From a virus, in IMG/VR virus record IMGVR_UViG_3300017917_002814, positions 64,001 through 128,000 of that record: a stretch of 64,000 bases of DNA; one strand, 5' to 3'. Below, piece after piece: positions 61,230 to 64,000 of the stretch (the first letter of the stretch is position 1; every line of letters begins with the position of its first letter). The notes under the pieces were generated by a model, which did no database searches, was not told the DNA's origin, and saw only the letters and a program-made list of their open reading frames with translations. The position numbers and the translations under genes are program-made.

Positions 61230-64000
61230 TTATACAAATACTCCATTTTGTGGGAACTTGATATATTTATCTAGCGATTCAGGAATGATCCAAATATCTT
61301 GATTGTTGCTGAATGTGGTACCACCAGTAAATGAGTTTCCTGCTGCAAAGCCTTCGCGCATGATACAGGTACCACCATCAAATGTTGTTTCTGCTGTGCG
61401 TTCTAGCCCTGTTGCAAAATCAGCCACATAGTACCTTGGAACAGCTTCGCCTGCTTCTGTTCTATACTGTAACGTACTTTGCCTGTAGGTGTCTCCAGTA
61501 CGAACTTTTACTGTTTGATCAATGATGATTTCTTGTCTAAATAACAATGTGACTTCAGCATCATTTCCTTGATCAAAGTGGCTAAAAGACAGTATTTGAC
61601 TTGCCTCATCAAAACCCACTTGATCGTCATCTAAGCCTAGCTCTGGAAACTCTTCCCATGTCAATTCCCATATGCCACCTTGCTGATTGATCGTGACAAA
61701 CCCGCCAGCTTTGTCTAGATACCCTGGAATAGTGTTGCCTGCACTATTTGTCCATCCATTATTAATTCCGCCATACCCAGTTTGTTTGGCAAATATTATT
61801 TTTTCTCCTTCGATGAAATTCCCAACTCCATCTACAATTAGTGATGATCTAACTGTCAGTAAGTTTTCTCCGTCGATACTATCAAATGATGTGCTGACTG
61901 CATAATCAACAAATGCCTCCCCATTAATCCTTATCGCAGCACTTGACGGAGAAGTTATATTACTCGATAATGTAAGTATATTTCCTGCAGTATTCAAATT
62001 TGACACAAAAGTTCCAGTAGGCACATTTAAATTTGCGTCTAGGCTGCTTATTTGCCACCCGTATCCTAATGTGATGTTGTTGGGAATTTGTATGACATTA
62101 GAGTTGGTTACAGAATTAGTAATAATTGTATCAATTACAGCAGACCCAGAGGTCAAAGTTGGATACTTGTCAAAGGTAGTAGGAATACTTGGTTCAAAAC
62201 GATTCGTTTCTGTGTCGTAGTATTGTGAAAGGTAATTATCCCACTGATATCTATCTGCTACAAACGGTATTAAATTTATTTCAAAATTACTGTTTTGTAA
62301 TCTATAAGCAATGAGCTTTGACGCACCTGGTTGTGTATATGCCAATACTGCACATCTAATAAGCCCTAACACATTACCATCTTCTTGTACACTGGTCATC
62401 CATCTTGGTAATGTGCTCTTGTTTGTGTAGCCTATTCCATTTTCTAATCGTTTTTGCATGTTTGGAAAACTATTAGGGTAAATGATATTGTATGACTGAT
62501 TATGGAATAAAAAATTATTTGCCAGATTTAAAACAATTTCTAAAGGCGGACCATTTGTATCAAAGGCTTGAGTATCAATTAAATCTACATAGACAACCTC
62601 GTAACCAACACTGCCATCGGAATTGACAGCCCGAGCTGTTTTAATTGCTCCAAAATTAATACTTTTTAAATAATGATTTCTTTCAATACTGCTTACAAAA
62701 TTTTCGGCTGTTGAAGGATTTAAACCAGATAAAAACAATGATTTGATACTTCGTTGAACACCAAAATAAAAGTCATCAGGTCTATAAATCAACTCTGGAG
62801 GAAAAATTGTTTTATCTTTTATGATATTGTCCCAGCTTAGTCTTTGACTGTAACTTGGCAATGCTTTTAGATACACATTCTCATAAGGAGCTAGGTTTCT
62901 TGGTCTGACTCTAATTGTGAATGATTTTGTTGAAGTAATAGACCCATCAACCGCATCTGCACGTATAGTAAAACCGCACTGTTGATCAAATGTGGTTTCG
63001 TTACCATCAATTGCTGTAGATATGGCATTACTTGTTGTGCTAACTGATTTTTGTATGGTGTCATTGGAAAATACCAGGATAGTTCCTTGGGTCACATATA
63101 TAGCCGGACTCACTTCTATAGTGTTAGAATCCACAATAGCAGTTAGTTTACATCCAGCAGCAACACCAACTCCTTGCACAGTCATTCCAACAACTAACCC
63201 ATCAGTTGATGTTATATTCAACCATGCAGCTTGACCATCTAAACTGAAAAATCTAAATGAAGTTCGGCCAATCATTCTACCACTTGGTAAAAATTTTAGT
63301 CCTTGTGGAATTCGTCTATAAGGAGCATAAATTACTCTATATGATAAATCCTTGCCTAGCGTATTATATGCACTAATTTCAATTTCGCTAACAGCACCAT
63401 TATCAATGGTGCCTAGATCAAATGGAGTAGTCCACACTATCTCTTCATTTAAAGTGCGTTTAACAGTGATAGAAAAAGTTACTCCTTCGCTTTCCTGATC
63501 AATGTTCAAGGTTCTAAAGGCATAAACAGTGAACGAATACGTTATAAAATCATCAATCTGATTAGGCAAAGTACCAATAATCCAGCCGGTATCGCTGTTT
63601 ATACTTAAACCAGACGGCAATCCGCTAGCACCTTGATCAAATAACAAGCTATCATAACCAGTAGTTGTGCTGATAAATTGTACAAACACCGTATCGGTAT
63701 TGGATGGAGTCAATGACACAAATGACAATTGATCGCCCGCTGTTGTATAATCGGTAGTAGCCGAATATAGTACACCATTTACTTGAACAACAATTCTTGA
63801 TGCACTTGCTGGCGCAAAATCCAATGTGTAAGGTCCTGAGGTACCATTACCTGTAAATGTTTGACTTGTGGCAGCGTCAAGCTCGTCCATTCCGCTAAAT
63901 GCCAACTCATCAATTCTCCAGGAGATATCTTCGTCTTCTGGGTCGTAGGCTACAAATTTGTACAAAAATGTGCTGCCTGACACTAGTACAGGAAGAGATT
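61230..64000 (-). CDS. large virion structural protein with Ig-like (He_PIG-type) repeats, probable baseplate wedge; 5' end outside the window
   Basis: LPSGLSINSDTGWIIGT, IPQGLKF...G...G, TTFD repeats; ORF open to the window edge. Confidence 0.65.
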   Translation of the reverse strand, partial: SLPVLVSGSTFLYKFVAYDPEDEDISWRIDELAFSGMDELDAATSQTFTGNGTSGPYTLDFAPASASRIVVQVNGVLYSATTDYTTAGDQLSFVSLTPSNTDTVFVQFISTTTGYDSLLFDQGASGLPSGLSINSDTGWIIGTLPNQIDDFITYSFTVYAFRTLNIDQESEGVTFSITVKRTLNEEIVWTTPFDLGTIDNGAVSEIEISAYNTLGKDLSYRVIYAPYRRIPQGLKFLPSGRMIGRTSFRFFSLDGQAAWLNITSTDGLVVGMTVQGVGVAAGCKLTAIVDSNTIEVSPAIYVTQGTILVFSNDTIQKSVSTTSNAISTAIDGNETTFDQQCGFTIRADAVDGSITSTKSFTIRVRPRNLAPYENVYLKALPSYSQRLSWDNIIKDKTIFPPELIYRPDDFYFGVQRSIKSLFLSGLNPSTAENFVSSIERNHYLKSINFGAIKTARAVNSDGSVGYEVVYVDLIDTQAFDTNGPPLEIVLNLANNFLFHNQSYNIIYPNSFPNMQKRLENGIGYTNKSTLPRWMTSVQEDGNVLGLIRCAVLAYTQPGASKLIAYRLQNSNFEINLIPFVADRYQWDNYLSQYYDTETNRFEPSIPTTFDKYPTLTSGSAVIDTIITNSVTNSNVIQIPNNITLGYGWQISSLDANLNVPTGTFVSNLNTAGNILTLSSNITSPSSAAIRINGEAFVDYAVSTSFDSIDGENLLTVRSSLIVDGVGNFIEGEKIIFAKQTGYGGINNGWTNSAGNTIPGYLDKAGGFVTINQQGGIWELTWEEFPELGLDDDQVGFDEASQILSFSHFDQGNDAEVTLLFRQEIIIDQTVKVRTGDTYRQSTLQYRTEAGEAVPRYYVADFATGLERTAETTFDGGTCIMREGFAAGNSFTGGTTFSNNQDIWIIPESLDKYIKFPQNGVFV

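Noticed and set aside
6147-63234. Many plus-strand ORFs of 60-180 aa in the ORF track (for example 45552-46094, 39669-40166, 8391-8858)
   Set aside because: They are antisense shadows of well-supported minus-strand genes, without SD or recognisable motifs
1-64000. CRISPR array, tRNA genes, integrase/transposase, intron or intein
   Set aside because: No repeat-spacer periodicity, cloverleaf, recombinase motif or interrupted core gene was seen by eye; tRNAscan and Infernal were not run
1-64000. Alternative genetic code (stop-codon reassignment), as in some large phages
   Set aside because: Core genes (PolB, ClpA, ThyA, RNase H) are full length in the standard code and coding density is high

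Overview
This window is a 64-kb piece of a large, AT-rich, T4-like (myovirus/jumbo-type) dsDNA phage genome. Almost all genes lie on the minus strand, and spanins plus a GH19 endolysin point to a Gram-negative host. From the right end to the left it carries: (1) virion structural genes; (2) MazG, a DnaE fragment, GroES, FkbM, clamp loader, a HAD nucleotidase, a radical SAM protein and PhoH; (3) a lipoprotein-rich lysis cassette; (4) DnaJ and ClpA; (5) a block of five apparent head-packaged proteins with T4-CTS-like N-termini and modular bodies punctuated by [VILT]-x-E sites; (6) Dps, family-B DNA polymerase and a probable sliding clamp; (7) a 7-deazaguanine DNA-modification cluster (dpdA-like, dpdL-like, folE, queD, queE, no queC in the window) interleaved with a GT-B glycosyltransferase, GalE, a DegT-like enzyme, an SDR and a purine PRTase; (8) RNase H, an early region with tandem sigma70 promoters and palindromic operators, and a MoxR/VWA pair; (9) DHFR, ThyA and sugar-nucleotide enzymes. 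The best candidates for new biology are a protease-processed 'polyprotein cargo' system with repeat-flanked modules, a possibly sugar-extended 7-deazaguanine pathway, and a riboswitch-like leader in front of queD. Several other structured non-coding elements are also present. All calls come from reading motifs by eye; no database searches were run.
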